Positions 52,539 to 63,935 of a DNA stretch of 64,000 nucleotides are shown here, piece after piece; position 1 is the stretch's first letter; each line of letters begins with the position of its first letter. Made by a program: the position numbers and the translations under genes. The notes beneath the pieces were generated by a model. That model was not told the origin of the DNA. It saw only the letters and a list, made by a program, of their open reading frames with translations, and did not search any database. Source of the DNA: Burkholderiaceae bacterium (GTDB lineage Bacteria; Pseudomonadota; Gammaproteobacteria; Burkholderiales; Burkholderiaceae_C); NCBI GenBank assembly GCA_019695155.1, contig JAIBAO010000035.1, forward strand, positions 1 through 64,000. The letters run 5' to 3'.

Positions 52539-53695
52539 AGCTTCTCTAGTACAGTGCGGGCTGCTGTAAGTGCAAAATCACGCTTTAAAGCAGTATGCAA
52601 GAGGCTAAATCTCTCCTTAAGGGCTGCGCGTTTGCCATCATCCAATAACTGTTTGAGCACTGCTTCTGCTAGGGCCTGCGGTGTAGCACGATCTTGAAGT
52701 AATTCTGGTACCACAAAATCTTTGCACAAAATATTAGGTAACCCTACCCAAGGTAAATAGCCTTTATTTTTCATTAAGTGCCAACTCACAGCAGGCATTA
52801 CATAAGCAATAACCATCGGTTTTTTAAAAAGAGCAGCTTCTAAAGTCGCCGTTCCACTTGCTACAAGCACTGCATCTGCAGCGGCTAAGCAGCTATGCGA
52901 CTGCCCCTGCTTCAGCTGTACAGGGCAATGCTCCTGTAAGAGTAGGTTTTTCAGTTGCGCATAACGGGCTGCCCCTGCAGCAGGAACTACAAATTGAGCT
53001 TCTGGAAGCTCATGGCGGATAAGCTTTGCAGCTTGAATAAATCGTGGAGCAATATAGTTGATTTCATCTTGGCGGCTACCAGGCAATAAAGCAATTACAG
53101 GTCTATTTATTTCCAGGCCCAAGGACTCACGCGCAGCCTGTTGATCGGTCTGTTCAGGAATCATATCGGCTAAAGGGTGTCCTACATAGCTTGCAGGAAC
53201 ATTTTCCTTAGCAAGTAATTCCTGCTCGAATGGAAAAATACACAACATATGGGAGACAGCAGCGCGAATTTTTTTTATTCGCTCTGCTCGCCATGCCCAA
53301 ATGCTGGGACAAACCAGATGGAAAGTCTTAATGCCGCCAGTCCGCAATTTCTGCTCAAGTCCTAAATTAAAATCTGGCGCATCAACACCAATAAAACAAG
53401 CGGGTCTACTTTCCAACCATTGCTTTGCCAGTCGCTGACGCAGTGCAAATAAACGGGGCAAATGCCGCAGCACTTCAACATAACCACGAACGGATAATTC
53501 TTCCATGGAAATCTTTGCATTAAACCCTGCAGCTTTCATGCAAGGCCCCCCAATCCCAGAAAAGTGAAGTTTCTGGCCAGAAAGCTGGAGTAGACCTTTC
53601 ACTAAAAGGCTGGCGATTAAATCGCCAGAGGCCTCCCCCGCAATCATAGCAATATGATTGTGCACTCCCCCTAAGCTGGGTATGCCCATCATCAA
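52535..53695 (-). CDS. lpxB: Lipid-A-disaccharide synthase
   Basis: A 386-aa GT19-family protein. It overlaps rnhB, as in the conserved lpx cluster. Confidence 0.9.
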   Translation of the reverse strand: MMMGIPSLGGVHNHIAMIAGEASGDLIASLLVKGLLQLSGQKLHFSGIGGPCMKAAGFNAKISMEELSVRGYVEVLRHLPRLFALRQRLAKQWLESRPACFIGVDAPDFNLGLEQKLRTGGIKTFHLVCPSIWAWRAERIKKIRAAVSHMLCIFPFEQELLAKENVPASYVGHPLADMIPEQTDQQAARESLGLEINRPVIALLPGSRQDEINYIAPRFIQAAKLIRHELPEAQFVVPAAGAARYAQLKNLLLQEHCPVQLKQGQSHSCLAAADAVLVASGTATLEAALFKKPMVIAYVMPAVSWHLMKNKGYLPWVGLPNILCKDFVVPELLQDRATPQALAEAVLKQLLDDGKRAALKERFSLLHTALKRDFALTAARTVLEKL

Positions 53696-54480
53696 CGAAT
53701 AATGCCCCGATTAGCCTCAGATAAATGGGAGCACAGTAGGGCAATATAAGGTTCGCTTTCAGCATCTGCACCGGCACGCAATCGTTCGATGGCCTGCTTA
53801 GCGGCCTCAAAACTTAAACCATCCCGATATAAAAGTTTATAGGCTTGTTTAAGTTGCACTACTGTATGAGAGGCTAAGCCCCGTCGCTTCAGGCCTTCTA
53901 TATTTAAACCCCGGGGAACAGCCGGATAGCCTTGACACAATACAAAAGGAGGTACATCCTGCAAGATAATGCTGCCCCCTCCAGCCATGGCATATGCTCC
54001 TACACGAACAAATTGATGCACAGCTGCCAAGCCCCCTAAAATGACATAGTCCCCTAACACCACATGGCCAGCCAGGGCAACGCTATTAGCCAATACCGTA
54101 TGATTGCCAACCTGACAATCATGACCCACATGTGAGTAGGCCATGAGCCAGTTATCGTTTCCCACACGGGTTATACCTTTATCTTGTACGGTCCCCGTAC
54201 TGATTGTTACAGATTCACGAAAAGTATTGCCATGACCGATTTCAAGGGCAGTAGGCTCTCCTGCATATTTTTTGTCTTGGGGAGGCCCTCCAATCACGGC
54301 ATGCTGAAACACACGATTATTCTTGCCGATTGTGGTGTGCCCTATCACACTGGCATAGGGGCCAATAACGGTTCCGGAATCAATCTGAACATAAGGTCCA
54401 ATGATGGCAAAAGGCCCAATTTCTACCGAAGAATCAAGCTTAGCTTTTGGATCAATCAGCGCAGTTGCATGAATAGGCAT
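53692..54480 (-). CDS. lpxA: Acyl-ACP--UDP-GlcNAc O-acyltransferase
   Basis: A 262-aa left-handed beta-helix protein with hexapeptide repeats. Confidence 0.9.
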   Translation of the reverse strand: MPIHATALIDPKAKLDSSVEIGPFAIIGPYVQIDSGTVIGPYASVIGHTTIGKNNRVFQHAVIGGPPQDKKYAGEPTALEIGHGNTFRESVTISTGTVQDKGITRVGNDNWLMAYSHVGHDCQVGNHTVLANSVALAGHVVLGDYVILGGLAAVHQFVRVGAYAMAGGGSIILQDVPPFVLCQGYPAVPRGLNIEGLKRRGLASHTVVQLKQAYKLLYRDGLSFEAAKQAIERLRAGADAESEPYIALLCSHLSEANRGIIR

Positions 54481-54483
54481 GCT

Positions 54484-54939
54484 TTACAGGCTTTCTCGCT
54501 CACGATAGGTACACATCAATTCTGCTTCACACACAATCTGATCTTCCACATAAGCCTTGGCCTCAAATTTCCAGATTCCACCCTTATTGCGAACAGGAAT
54601 GGCGATCATCTTTAACTGATCACCTGGGACAACTACACGTTTAAAACGCGCATTGTCAATTCCTACAAACAATACAACAGCTGTACTTTCAGGAGATAAA
54701 CCTGAGCTATTAAAACCTAATAGAGCAGCAGTTTGCGCCAAGGCTTCCAAAATCAATACACCAGGCATGACCGGATAGTCCGGAAAATGACCTTGAAAAC
54801 AAGGTTCATTCATCGATACATTTTTAAGAGCAGTGATACGCTCGCCCGGAATCAATTCCAGCACACGATCTACCAGTAATAAAGGATAACGGTGAGGCAA
54901 GCGCTTGAGAATACCGTGGATGTCAATTGAAATGCTCAT
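54484..54939 (-). CDS. fabZ: 3-hydroxyacyl-ACP dehydratase FabZ
   Basis: A hotdog-fold protein with the HFPxxPVMPG motif. The track ORF starts at 54981; the internal Met at 54939 is the more likely start. Confidence 0.9.
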   Translation of the reverse strand: MSISIDIHGILKRLPHRYPLLLVDRVLELIPGERITALKNVSMNEPCFQGHFPDYPVMPGVLILEALAQTAALLGFNSSGLSPESTAVVLFVGIDNARFKRVVVPGDQLKMIAIPVRNKGGIWKFEAKAYVEDQIVCEAELMCTYRERESL

Positions 54940-54999
54940 GCAATGCTGAACCTTTTTACTAACGCTAATACATTGTTCCAAAGGGCGTATCTGTACTGT

Positions 55000-56070
55000 T
55001 CAAAGCCTTTGTTTGAGCAGATCTAATTCTTTTCGCAGAGCTTTCACTTCTATACGCATCTTATCCAGATTGCGCACTAAAACTGCGCTCTTTTCCCATT
55101 GCGCATTTTCATCTAAAGGAAAGATACCCGAGTAAAAACCAGGCTTATTGATAGAACGCGTTACAGTGGTCGCAGCAGAAATCACCACATCATCGCAAAT
55201 TTGTAAATGACCCAGCACAATGGCTCCACCTCCTAGCTGTACACGCTGGCCAATGGTGGCAGATCCGGCAATGCCAACACAGCCTGCGAAAGCGCAATCA
55301 TCACCAATCACTACATTATGGCCAATTTGCACTTGATTATCTAATTTAACACCATTGCCAATAATGGTATTACTAAGGGCGCCCCGGTCAATCGTTGTAT
55401 TTGCTCCTATCTCGCAATCCTCTCCAATAAGAACACGGCCTGTTTGGGGGATTTTTATCCAAGAGCCTTTATGCGGTGCAAAGCCAAACCCATCTGCTCC
55501 TATTACTGCTCCTGAATGGACAATGCAGCGGCTGCCTATTTCACATTCCGCATAAATACTAACACGTGCATTTAATATGCTAGCCCGACCTATTTTGGTA
55601 TCAGAACCGATAAAAGAACCAGCCCCCACAATAACCTCATCTTCAATCACAGCCCCGGCCTCTATAACCACATAGGGCCCAATGCAAGCATGGGTACTGA
55701 CTGAAGCCAAGGGTGAAATCACTGCACTAGGATGAACCCCCGCTTTTGAATGAGTTTTAGGAGAAAACCACTGTGCAGCCGTAGCAAAAGCCGCGTATGG
55801 ATCAGTACATAGAATGCGCGCTGCAGTAGTGCTTACTAAAGGGAATAAAGCCGCATCCGCTCTACTCACTAATAAACACCCTGCAGACGTATTTAATGCC
55901 TGTTGACGATATTTTTTATTTGATAAGAAGGTAAGCGCCGAAGGCCCTGCGTCTTGCAGCGTTGCTACATGGTCTAAAACAATAGTCGCGTTCCCTTGAA
56001 TCTGTGGATCAAAGGCAGCCAGTAATTGTGCAAGCGCAGAGACACTCAGACTACGAGAAGAAACAGTCAA
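55000..56070 (-). CDS. lpxD: UDP-3-O-acylglucosamine N-acyltransferase
   Basis: A 356-aa hexapeptide-repeat protein with a C-terminal coiled-coil. Confidence 0.9.
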   Translation of the reverse strand: MTVSSRSLSVSALAQLLAAFDPQIQGNATIVLDHVATLQDAGPSALTFLSNKKYRQQALNTSAGCLLVSRADAALFPLVSTTAARILCTDPYAAFATAAQWFSPKTHSKAGVHPSAVISPLASVSTHACIGPYVVIEAGAVIEDEVIVGAGSFIGSDTKIGRASILNARVSIYAECEIGSRCIVHSGAVIGADGFGFAPHKGSWIKIPQTGRVLIGEDCEIGANTTIDRGALSNTIIGNGVKLDNQVQIGHNVVIGDDCAFAGCVGIAGSATIGQRVQLGGGAIVLGHLQICDDVVISAATTVTRSINKPGFYSGIFPLDENAQWEKSAVLVRNLDKMRIEVKALRKELDLLKQRL

Positions 56071-56099
56071 GGGAATAATCCAATGTTTTACAACAATGG

Positions 56100-56606
56100 T
56101 TATTTGCTTCCATTCAAAGCACGAATAACCTTTTCAGTAATATCGATTTTAGAGCTGAAGTAAATAGCATCTTGCAAAATCAAATCGTACTTTTCTTGTT
56201 CGGCTATTTGTTTAATAACGCGATTAGCCCGCTCCACTACAGCTGCCACTTCTTCATTCCGCCGCTGGGCAAGATCTTCTTGGTATTCTCGGCGTTTGCG
56301 CTGAAAATCTCGATCTGCATCGGCAAATTCCCTTTGACGCTTGCTCCTCTCGGCTTCTGGCATAACTGCACCGTCTTTTTCAAGCTTGTCAGACTGGTTT
56401 TTCAGCCGCTGTGCAATATCTTCCAGTTCTTTGCCTCTCTTAGAAAACTCAGCTTCTAACTTTTGTTGTGCAGCCTGTGCCGGAGCCGCTTCTCGAAGCA
56501 CCCGATCGGAATTAACAAAACCAATTTTATAGTCCTGTGCAGCCGCGCTAACGCTGCAAAAACCGATTGCGATACTACATCCCAACGCCAAGAAAATTTT
56601 GTTCAT
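56100..56606 (-). CDS. skp: Periplasmic chaperone Skp (OmpH)
   Basis: A 168-aa protein with a signal peptide and long coiled-coil arms. It lies between lpxD and bamA. Confidence 0.85.
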   Translation of the reverse strand: MNKIFLALGCSIAIGFCSVSAAAQDYKIGFVNSDRVLREAAPAQAAQQKLEAEFSKRGKELEDIAQRLKNQSDKLEKDGAVMPEAERSKRQREFADADRDFQRKRREYQEDLAQRRNEEVAAVVERANRVIKQIAEQEKYDLILQDAIYFSSKIDITEKVIRALNGSK

Positions 56607-56692
56607 AATAAACTCACCAAAAATGAACGGAAATTGTAATCTCTGAATAAGCTTTTGTAAGCATACAGCCCATAAACTTTTTGAAACCCTGC

Positions 56693-58978
56693 TTAAAAAC
56701 CGGTACCAATTTGGAACTGAAAACGCTCAAGACGGTCTTTTGGATCCTTCTTAAGAGGCACACCAAATGAAAGCTTCAAAGGGCCAATGGGAGACAACCA
56801 GGTTACACCAATACCTGCTGAATATCGGATATCCCCAAATTTTACTTTTTGATTTTCACCCCATACATAGCCGCCATCTATAAATGCAAACATACGGGCT
56901 GTTTTGTCTTTGCCTTGACCGGGTACCGGAATCTGTAGTTCAAGGTTGCCAATAATTCGGGAGGTTCCACCCGTAGCTTCAGTAGGATTACCCAACGCAT
57001 CCACATCTGTGGGCCCAAGCGATCCTCCCTCAAAACCTCTGACAGACCCAATACCTCCTGCATATACATTTTTAAAGAAAGGATAAGGGCGACCAGATAA
57101 ACCTTTACCATGGCTTACTTGCCCATTTAAAGCCAATGTAACGTCCTTGGTCACGGGCCAGAAATATTGATCCTGATAATCCACCCGGTAGTAACGAATA
57201 TCCCCTGCTGGTGATACCTCTCCATTAAGCCGCTGGTAACGCCCCCGCGACGGGGTTATCGCACTGTCCCGATTATCACGCGCCCAGCCTACCGTGCCCA
57301 CCAAGGATTTTGGACGATTCCCAAATGTGTTAACAAAATCAATATAGCGTTTGGGAGAGTTGCTTAGCAAATTTACGCGGGTACTTTCTGCACCAATTCC
57401 AAAAAATACGGTGTCAAACTCTGTAAAAGGAATGCCATATCTTAAACTGGCGCCTCGGGTATCTAAATCGACCGCTGCTAAACCCAAGGAACCCTGATTA
57501 TTGCTTCTGACATACACATCAATTGCACGAGAGACTCCATCTACGGTGTAGTAAGGGTCCACAGTAGAAACAGCGAGTGTGCGGGAAGCGCGACTGGTAT
57601 TAATCTCTAACCCTATTGTCTTTCCAGAACCAAACACATTGGCCTGTGATACTGCACCCGTCACTACCACCTTGTCTGTGCTGTTATATCCTATACCGAG
57701 ACTTAATTGCCCTGTAGCTTTTTCCGCTACTGCCAGATTCACATCCACCTGATCCGCCGTACCGGGAACAGCGGAAGTATCTACGGTTACTTCCTTGAAA
57801 TAACCCAGCCTATCCACCCTATCACGAGAAAGACGAATTTTCTCTGCGTCATACCACGCACTTTCAAACTGACGCATTTCTCGTCGGATGACCTCGTCTC
57901 GAGTTTTACTATTGCCCACTACATTCACCCGCCGCACATACGCACGACGACCGGGATCTACCAAGAAATTAAACGCTACCGTTCGTTTTTCGCGATCAAT
58001 TTGAGGCACCGTATTAATAGTGGCAAATGCAAACCCAAGGGTTCCTAATTTATCAGTAATGGCTTTAACGGATTCCTGTAATTTTTCTCCGTTAAAAGTA
58101 TCCCCTGCCTTAATGCTGATAAGTTTTTCAATCTCGTCTTTTCGGCCCAATAGCTCACCGGAGGCCTGCACCGAGGAAACCGTATATTTTTCTCCCTCTG
58201 TAACCGCAATAGTTACAAAAATATCTTCCCGATTGGGAGAAATAGAAACCTGTGAAGAGTCCACACTAAACTCAAGATAACCCTGATTCAAATAAAAAGA
58301 ACGCAATGACTCTAAATCTGCGGAAAGTTTTTGCTTGGAATATTGATCATTCTTGGTAAAAAAGGTAAACCAGCCTGGGGTACGCAACGTAAACTGGTTC
58401 AAAAGTTCTTTTTCTGAAAAGGCTTTATTGCCTAAGAAGCGGATCTCCTTGATTTTGGCAACCTGGCCTTCATCCACAGCAATACTAATGTTTACCCGAT
58501 TCCTCTCAACCGGTGTGACTGTCGAAGTAACCTTCACCCCGTATTTACCACGTCCTAAATACTGATTTTTAATTTCCTGCTCTGCTCGATCCAAAACCGA
58601 TTTATCAAAAATTCGCGCATCCGCAAGACCCACTTCTTTTAGGGCCTTTTTAAGCGCATCAGTTTCAAAATCTTTGTTTCCAGAAATATCCAAGCTTGCA
58701 ATAGCAGGTCGTTCCTCAATGGAAATAATGACAACGTCACCCTCACTTTGTACACGAACATCTTTGAAAAAACCTGTCGCATACAGAGCTCGAATTGCCT
58801 GCGAGGCGGCATCGTCTGTAAAAGTATCGCCTACTCGAATAGGCAAATAAGAAAAAATAGTGCCAGGTTCGGTTCGCTGGATTCCTTCCACCCGGATATC
58901 CCGAATTACAAAAGGAGAAACAGCAAAGGCTGGTGCAGCAAAACAGGCAGCGATTAGTACATAAAGAAGACGCGACAT
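56693..58978 (-). CDS. bamA: Outer membrane protein assembly factor BamA
   Basis: A 761-aa protein with POTRA repeats, a C-terminal 16-strand barrel and a terminal F. Confidence 0.95.
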   Translation of the reverse strand: MSRLLYVLIAACFAAPAFAVSPFVIRDIRVEGIQRTEPGTIFSYLPIRVGDTFTDDAASQAIRALYATGFFKDVRVQSEGDVVIISIEERPAIASLDISGNKDFETDALKKALKEVGLADARIFDKSVLDRAEQEIKNQYLGRGKYGVKVTSTVTPVERNRVNISIAVDEGQVAKIKEIRFLGNKAFSEKELLNQFTLRTPGWFTFFTKNDQYSKQKLSADLESLRSFYLNQGYLEFSVDSSQVSISPNREDIFVTIAVTEGEKYTVSSVQASGELLGRKDEIEKLISIKAGDTFNGEKLQESVKAITDKLGTLGFAFATINTVPQIDREKRTVAFNFLVDPGRRAYVRRVNVVGNSKTRDEVIRREMRQFESAWYDAEKIRLSRDRVDRLGYFKEVTVDTSAVPGTADQVDVNLAVAEKATGQLSLGIGYNSTDKVVVTGAVSQANVFGSGKTIGLEINTSRASRTLAVSTVDPYYTVDGVSRAIDVYVRSNNQGSLGLAAVDLDTRGASLRYGIPFTEFDTVFFGIGAESTRVNLLSNSPKRYIDFVNTFGNRPKSLVGTVGWARDNRDSAITPSRGRYQRLNGEVSPAGDIRYYRVDYQDQYFWPVTKDVTLALNGQVSHGKGLSGRPYPFFKNVYAGGIGSVRGFEGGSLGPTDVDALGNPTEATGGTSRIIGNLELQIPVPGQGKDKTARMFAFIDGGYVWGENQKVKFGDIRYSAGIGVTWLSPIGPLKLSFGVPLKKDPKDRLERFQFQIGTGF

Positions 58979-59131
58979 AGGGTAAACCGGCCTTTTTCAA
59001 AGTTATGTCATAGCAGTTAATAAGAATCAATGACTGGCTTCTGCTGGAAACTACCAAGCATTATTGCAAAAGTTATCTAGCAAAAAGCCCAAATAATTTT
59101 TATATAAGTATTTTTGCTAAAAAGTATTTTT

Positions 59132-60505
59132 TCAGCGAGAAAACTGGGGTATTACAAGACGCAACACATCATTCGTTAAGGCTATAGTCATCAACATACC
59201 TAGAATCAGAGCACCAGACAGTTGCCCTATAGTCAACAAACGTTCAGATGGCACACGACCCGTAACAGCCTCCACTCCGTAATATAGCAAATGCCCTCCA
59301 TCCAGCAGAGGGATAGGCAATAAATTCAAAATTCCCAGCCCTACACTCACAAGAGCAAGAAAAGATAAGAAACTGATAATCCCCATAGCTGCAGTTTTTC
59401 CCGCCGCATCTGCGATAGTCAGCGGTCCACTAAGATTAGACAGCGAAGCACGGCCTGTAATAATTTGTCCTAGCATTTTTAAGGTCAATACCGATATCTC
59501 CCAGGTTTTTTCCATCGCTACCCAAAAAGCAGGCAAAGGTGGGTATTGAACTACGACAGGCGGTATTGGAAAAAATTTCACTCCTATTTTCGCTAAGCCA
59601 TCTTGATCTACCGTAGGAGTGACATTAAAGGAAAGCACATTATTACCCCTCACTACAGTTAACTGCAGCGGTCGATTAGCGGATTTTTGCACAGTACTCA
59701 CAACTGCCTCCACACTAGGTCGAGAAACCGACCCTATACTAATAATCACATCTCCTGGCAAAAGACCTGCGCCAGCAGCAACAGAACCGTTAATCACAGA
59801 CTCAATTCGGGGTAATGCCGTTGCTAGACGCGCTCCCAAGTCTTGAAGAAAAGCACCCTGAACCTGATCACTCCTTAATTGGGAAAAATCAATGACTATC
59901 ACTCGTCCAGCTTCAGCCCGTGTGTTACTTAAGTCATTAAGCACCGTTAAAGGGTGCCCCACTACTTCAACTCGGCTGCGCTCTATAGCCGCTTGCGTAA
60001 AATGCAAGGAGGCGTCTGAAAATGAATGCACCCTTACCCCATCAATTGAAGAAATCCTCATGGGTTCTGTAAAACCTGCCTTATAGAACAACGTATCGGA
60101 AGGAGCAGCCTCAAAAACGGGAGCGGGCTCTTGCGTACCTAACACTGCTAAAAACCAGTACACAAGGGCTGCAAGTAAAAAATTGGCTACAGGTCCTGCT
60201 ATCACAATGAGTACTCTTTTAATCAAGGGTTGCTTCTCCAAGCTGCCTGCTAGCTGCTCGGGAGTAAAGGATGCATCAGCCTCTTGGCTTTGATCCAACA
60301 TTGCAACATATCCTCCCAGAGGAATCGCTGAAAATGCCCACTCAGTAGTGGAAGATTTTGCCTTCCAGCGAAACAGTACTGGTCCAAAACCAAAAGAAAA
60401 ACGTAGAACCGGCACTCCACACAACCTGGCAAGCCAATAATGGCCAAGCTCATGCCAGACTACCAAAATACCGATGGTCAATATAAAGGCCAGCAGAGTC
60501 AACAT
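59132..60505 (-). CDS. rseP: Site-2 protease RseP (zinc metalloprotease)
   Basis: A 457-aa protein with HELGH, PDZ domains and the LDGG motif. Confidence 0.9.
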   Translation of the reverse strand: MLTLLAFILTIGILVVWHELGHYWLARLCGVPVLRFSFGFGPVLFRWKAKSSTTEWAFSAIPLGGYVAMLDQSQEADASFTPEQLAGSLEKQPLIKRVLIVIAGPVANFLLAALVYWFLAVLGTQEPAPVFEAAPSDTLFYKAGFTEPMRISSIDGVRVHSFSDASLHFTQAAIERSRVEVVGHPLTVLNDLSNTRAEAGRVIVIDFSQLRSDQVQGAFLQDLGARLATALPRIESVINGSVAAGAGLLPGDVIISIGSVSRPSVEAVVSTVQKSANRPLQLTVVRGNNVLSFNVTPTVDQDGLAKIGVKFFPIPPVVVQYPPLPAFWVAMEKTWEISVLTLKMLGQIITGRASLSNLSGPLTIADAAGKTAAMGIISFLSFLALVSVGLGILNLLPIPLLDGGHLLYYGVEAVTGRVPSERLLTIGQLSGALILGMLMTIALTNDVLRLVIPQFSR

Positions 60506-60530
60506 GCTTGCTCGCTAATTGGATAGAGTC

Positions 60531-61718
60531 TCATCTGCATACTGCCTTTGCATTTGCAATCCAAGTAATGGCATTTTTTCGTGCAAGAGCATCTAGATAT
60601 AAAACCTCTTCCAAAGATTCTGGATCCTTAAGATTTACTTTCTGGAGAGTTTCTTGAACAACAGGCTCAATGTCAGTAAAAAGAATGCGAGATTCAAGAA
60701 ATGCCTCCACAGCTATTTCATTTGCAGCATTTAGCACTATACAGGCTGCATGGCCACGGGCTAGCGCTTGTCGTGCAAGCGCCAGACAAGCAAAACGCGA
60801 CATATCGGGCGCCCTAAAACTTAAGGAAGATAAAGTTAAAGGGTCCAAAGTCTTGACACCTGAGCTTATCCGATCTGGATAGGCTAAAGCATGGGCAATA
60901 GGGGTACGCATATCCGGGTTACCTAGCTGCGCCAGAAAAGAGCCATCGATATATTCAACCATGGAATGAATAACCGACTGGGGATGAATAACAACCTGAA
61001 TGTTATCTACTGGACAATCGAATAACCAGCGTGCTTCGATAATCTCCAGCCCTTTATTCATCATGGTTGCAGAATCTACTGATATTTTACGCCCCATCAC
61101 CCAGTTAGGATGCGCGCAGGCTTGCTCAGGCGTCACTGCAGACAGTGTAGACAATTCCCGATTTAAAAATGGACCACCTGATGCTGTTAACCATAAGGTT
61201 TTGATGCCATGTTCGCTTAATTTTCCACAAGCCTGTCCTGGCATGCACTGAAACAAGGCATTATGCTCACTATCTAGAGGCAATAATAAAGCTCCCTGTT
61301 TCATCGCTTCTCGAGTTAGCAAAGGCCCTCCCACAACCAGAGCTTCTTTATTGGCTAACAGCAGGCGCTTTCCCCCTCGGGCAGCCGCTAATGTAGGTAA
61401 GAGCCCGGCTGCACCTACAATAGCGCTAACGACAGAATCCACTTCATTTAAAACAGCAATCTGCACCAAGCCCTCGGCACCCGTAAGAATATGCGGTGCT
61501 ATACCCGAGGGTAGCTGCTGCAATAGCTGCTGGCGCTTCTCATCATCCGGGACAGCAACAACTTGAGGCCGAAACTTTATACAGAGTCGTGCAAGCTTTT
61601 CCATGCGATTAGCTGCCGACAAGGCGAACACAGAAAACCGTTCAGGATGCTGCTCAATCAAGCTCAGGGTGCTATCGCCTATAGAGCCAGTCGCTCCCAA
61701 AATACTGATTCGCTGCAT
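60531..61718 (-). CDS. dxr: 1-deoxy-D-xylulose 5-phosphate reductoisomerase
   Basis: A 395-aa protein with an N-terminal NADPH motif (ILGATGSIG). Confidence 0.95.
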   Translation of the reverse strand: MQRISILGATGSIGDSTLSLIEQHPERFSVFALSAANRMEKLARLCIKFRPQVVAVPDDEKRQQLLQQLPSGIAPHILTGAEGLVQIAVLNEVDSVVSAIVGAAGLLPTLAAARGGKRLLLANKEALVVGGPLLTREAMKQGALLLPLDSEHNALFQCMPGQACGKLSEHGIKTLWLTASGGPFLNRELSTLSAVTPEQACAHPNWVMGRKISVDSATMMNKGLEIIEARWLFDCPVDNIQVVIHPQSVIHSMVEYIDGSFLAQLGNPDMRTPIAHALAYPDRISSGVKTLDPLTLSSLSFRAPDMSRFACLALARQALARGHAACIVLNAANEIAVEAFLESRILFTDIEPVVQETLQKVNLKDPESLEEVLYLDALARKNAITWIANAKAVCR

Positions 61719-61725
61719 AAACGCT

Positions 61726-62553
61726 TTAGTTTCCTGAAAATGTTAATAAGGCGGCCAGTGGTAAAACCGGTAATAAGGCGTCGATCCGGTCTAGCATTCC
61801 CCCATGCCCAGGCAACAAACGGCTACTATCCTTAGCGCCCGCTTTACGCTTAAACAAAGACTCCACTAAATCCCCGCAAATAGAGGCTACTCCAAGCCCT
61901 ATCAAAATAAGTAGGGTCATCGGCATGCCAAAACGCGCCGCCATCTCTGCAGGAAATAAAGCTTGGCCGAACAGGTTTTGAGCAGCAATACAAAATATTC
62001 CATAAAGTATGACTCCAAGCAAAGCCCCTAGTGCACCTTCTATCGTTTTCCCCGGACTAATGCTAGGTGCAAGTTTATGTTTTCCTACAGCACGCCCTAC
62101 AAAATACCCCGTAATATCAGCAATCCATGTAAGCAATAATACCGAAAGCAAATACACACTACCTTTGGCTAAATGAAGCTCATTGATTGCTATATAACAG
62201 GCAGCCAATACAACTACCGCTAATAGGGAATATCGGAAGCGGGTTTGTTTTCTTAATCCGTAATACAGAGCAGGCAAGGCTAATAGAGCCCAGGCAATCG
62301 TTGATATCCACCATATCACTTGCCGACTATCAGCAGAGGAATACCTCCAAAAAGCAAAGGTTAGCAGAGCCACAATCGGTGCCAAAATGATAGGCCATGG
62401 AGAGGGCACAGCATTAAGCCTTAACCACTCCCATAATGCAGCCGTCACAAAGATAAGTAACAGAATTTCAAAATATAAATGATTAGATAGTAAGAGTGTA
62501 GAAACTATCGCTACTAATAGCACCGAGGCAGTAATGACACGCTGTGCCAGCAT
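61726..62553 (-). CDS. cdsA: Phosphatidate cytidylyltransferase
   Basis: A 275-aa membrane protein with the CdsA C-terminal signature (...KRKAGAKDSSRLLPGHGGMLDRIDA). Confidence 0.9.
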   Translation of the reverse strand: MLAQRVITASVLLVAIVSTLLLSNHLYFEILLLIFVTAALWEWLRLNAVPSPWPIILAPIVALLTFAFWRYSSADSRQVIWWISTIAWALLALPALYYGLRKQTRFRYSLLAVVVLAACYIAINELHLAKGSVYLLSVLLLTWIADITGYFVGRAVGKHKLAPSISPGKTIEGALGALLGVILYGIFCIAAQNLFGQALFPAEMAARFGMPMTLLILIGLGVASICGDLVESLFKRKAGAKDSSRLLPGHGGMLDRIDALLPVLPLAALLTFSGN

Positions 62554-63323
62554 CAGGGTAATTCTCCCGTGGCACTTTCTGGAGCAAGCTGCGCGCTGGT
62601 TCTGCCGAATCTACGCTCCCGCTGCTGGTAAGATTTAATAGCCTCATCTAATTGTCGAGGTCCAAAATCTGGCCAAGGCGTGTCGGTAAAATAAAGTTCT
62701 GTATAGGCAAGTTGCCATAGCAAAAAATTACTGATTCTTTGCTCTCCTCCAGTGCGGATAAACAAATCAGGCTCAGGATAGTTCGCCATCACCATATAAG
62801 AGGTCAACAACTGCTCTGTAAGCTCCTGCGGGTGAATTGCGGGGTGCTCTACTATTATTTTGCGAACTGCCTGTAAAATATCCCATCGTCCGCCGTAATT
62901 AGCAGCAACCGTCAGTGTTAACGCAGTATTTAGCTCCGTAAACTTTTGCGCTTTGATAATCTTTTGTTGCAAAACTTCATCAAAAGCACTCAAATCGCCC
63001 ACCACTCTCAAGCGAATATTGTTCTCTTGCATACGCGCAACTTCCCGCTCTAAGGCGAGATTAAACAAACGCATTAGGTAAGAAACCTCTTCTTTAGGGC
63101 GGCGCCAGTTCTCCGAACTAAATGCAAAAAGCGTTAAATATTCGATACCCCGCTCAACGCAGGAGCGTACGCATGAGCGAACGGCATCTACTCCTTTAAG
63201 ATGCCCTGTTAAGCGTGGTAAATGACGCTTTTGCGCCCATCTTCCATTGCCATCCATAATAATAGCCACATGTTTTGGAATGCTGCAGGTAGCAGGAATA
63301 TCACGAGTAGAGGATTGAAACAT
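62553..63323 (-). CDS. uppS: Undecaprenyl diphosphate synthase
   Basis: A 256-aa protein with the [13 protein letters not shown] motif. Confidence 0.95.
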   Translation of the reverse strand: MFQSSTRDIPATCSIPKHVAIIMDGNGRWAQKRHLPRLTGHLKGVDAVRSCVRSCVERGIEYLTLFAFSSENWRRPKEEVSYLMRLFNLALEREVARMQENNIRLRVVGDLSAFDEVLQQKIIKAQKFTELNTALTLTVAANYGGRWDILQAVRKIIVEHPAIHPQELTEQLLTSYMVMANYPEPDLFIRTGGEQRISNFLLWQLAYTELYFTDTPWPDFGPRQLDEAIKSYQQRERRFGRTSAQLAPESATGELP

Positions 63324-63374
63324 GCGGGATAAAAACCTCAGAAATAAAAGGCCTGTTCAGTGAAAAATTTAGGC

Positions 63375-63935
63375 CTAGACCGTCATAATTTCTTTATCTT
63401 TTTCCTGAGTCAGTTTGTCTACATCGGCAATATAGCGGTCTGTAATTTTCTGAATTTCCTCTTGACTGCGACGCTCATCATCTTCAGAAACTATCTTATC
63501 CTTCACCAGTTTTTTAACTGACTCATTGGCATCACGGCGTATGTTACGAATGGCGATTTTCGCGTCTTCCGCCTCACTCTTGACCACTTTGGTGAGTTCC
63601 TTGCGACGCTCTTCTGTTAGCGCAGGCATAGGCACACGAATAATTTCCCCTTGCGTAGATGGGTTTAAACCTAAATCTGACTCACGAATCGCCTTTTCAA
63701 TAACTGAACCTAATTTTTTTTCCCAAGGCTGGATCGTAATGGTGCGGGCATCCGCTAAAGCAATATTGGCCACCTGACTTAAAGGCACTAGGGAACCGTA
63801 ATAGTCTACATGGATATGATCCAGCAAACCTGTATGGGCCCGACCTGTACGGATCTTTGCAAAATTTTGCTTCAAAGCTTCTATCGCCTTTTGCATGCGC
63901 TGCTCAGCAGAGCGTTTAACCTCTGAAATAGTCAT
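63375..63935 (-). CDS. frr: Ribosome recycling factor
   Basis: A 186-aa protein with the canonical RRF sequence. Confidence 0.95.
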   Translation of the reverse strand: MTISEVKRSAEQRMQKAIEALKQNFAKIRTGRAHTGLLDHIHVDYYGSLVPLSQVANIALADARTITIQPWEKKLGSVIEKAIRESDLGLNPSTQGEIIRVPMPALTEERRKELTKVVKSEAEDAKIAIRNIRRDANESVKKLVKDKIVSEDDERRSQEEIQKITDRYIADVDKLTQEKDKEIMTV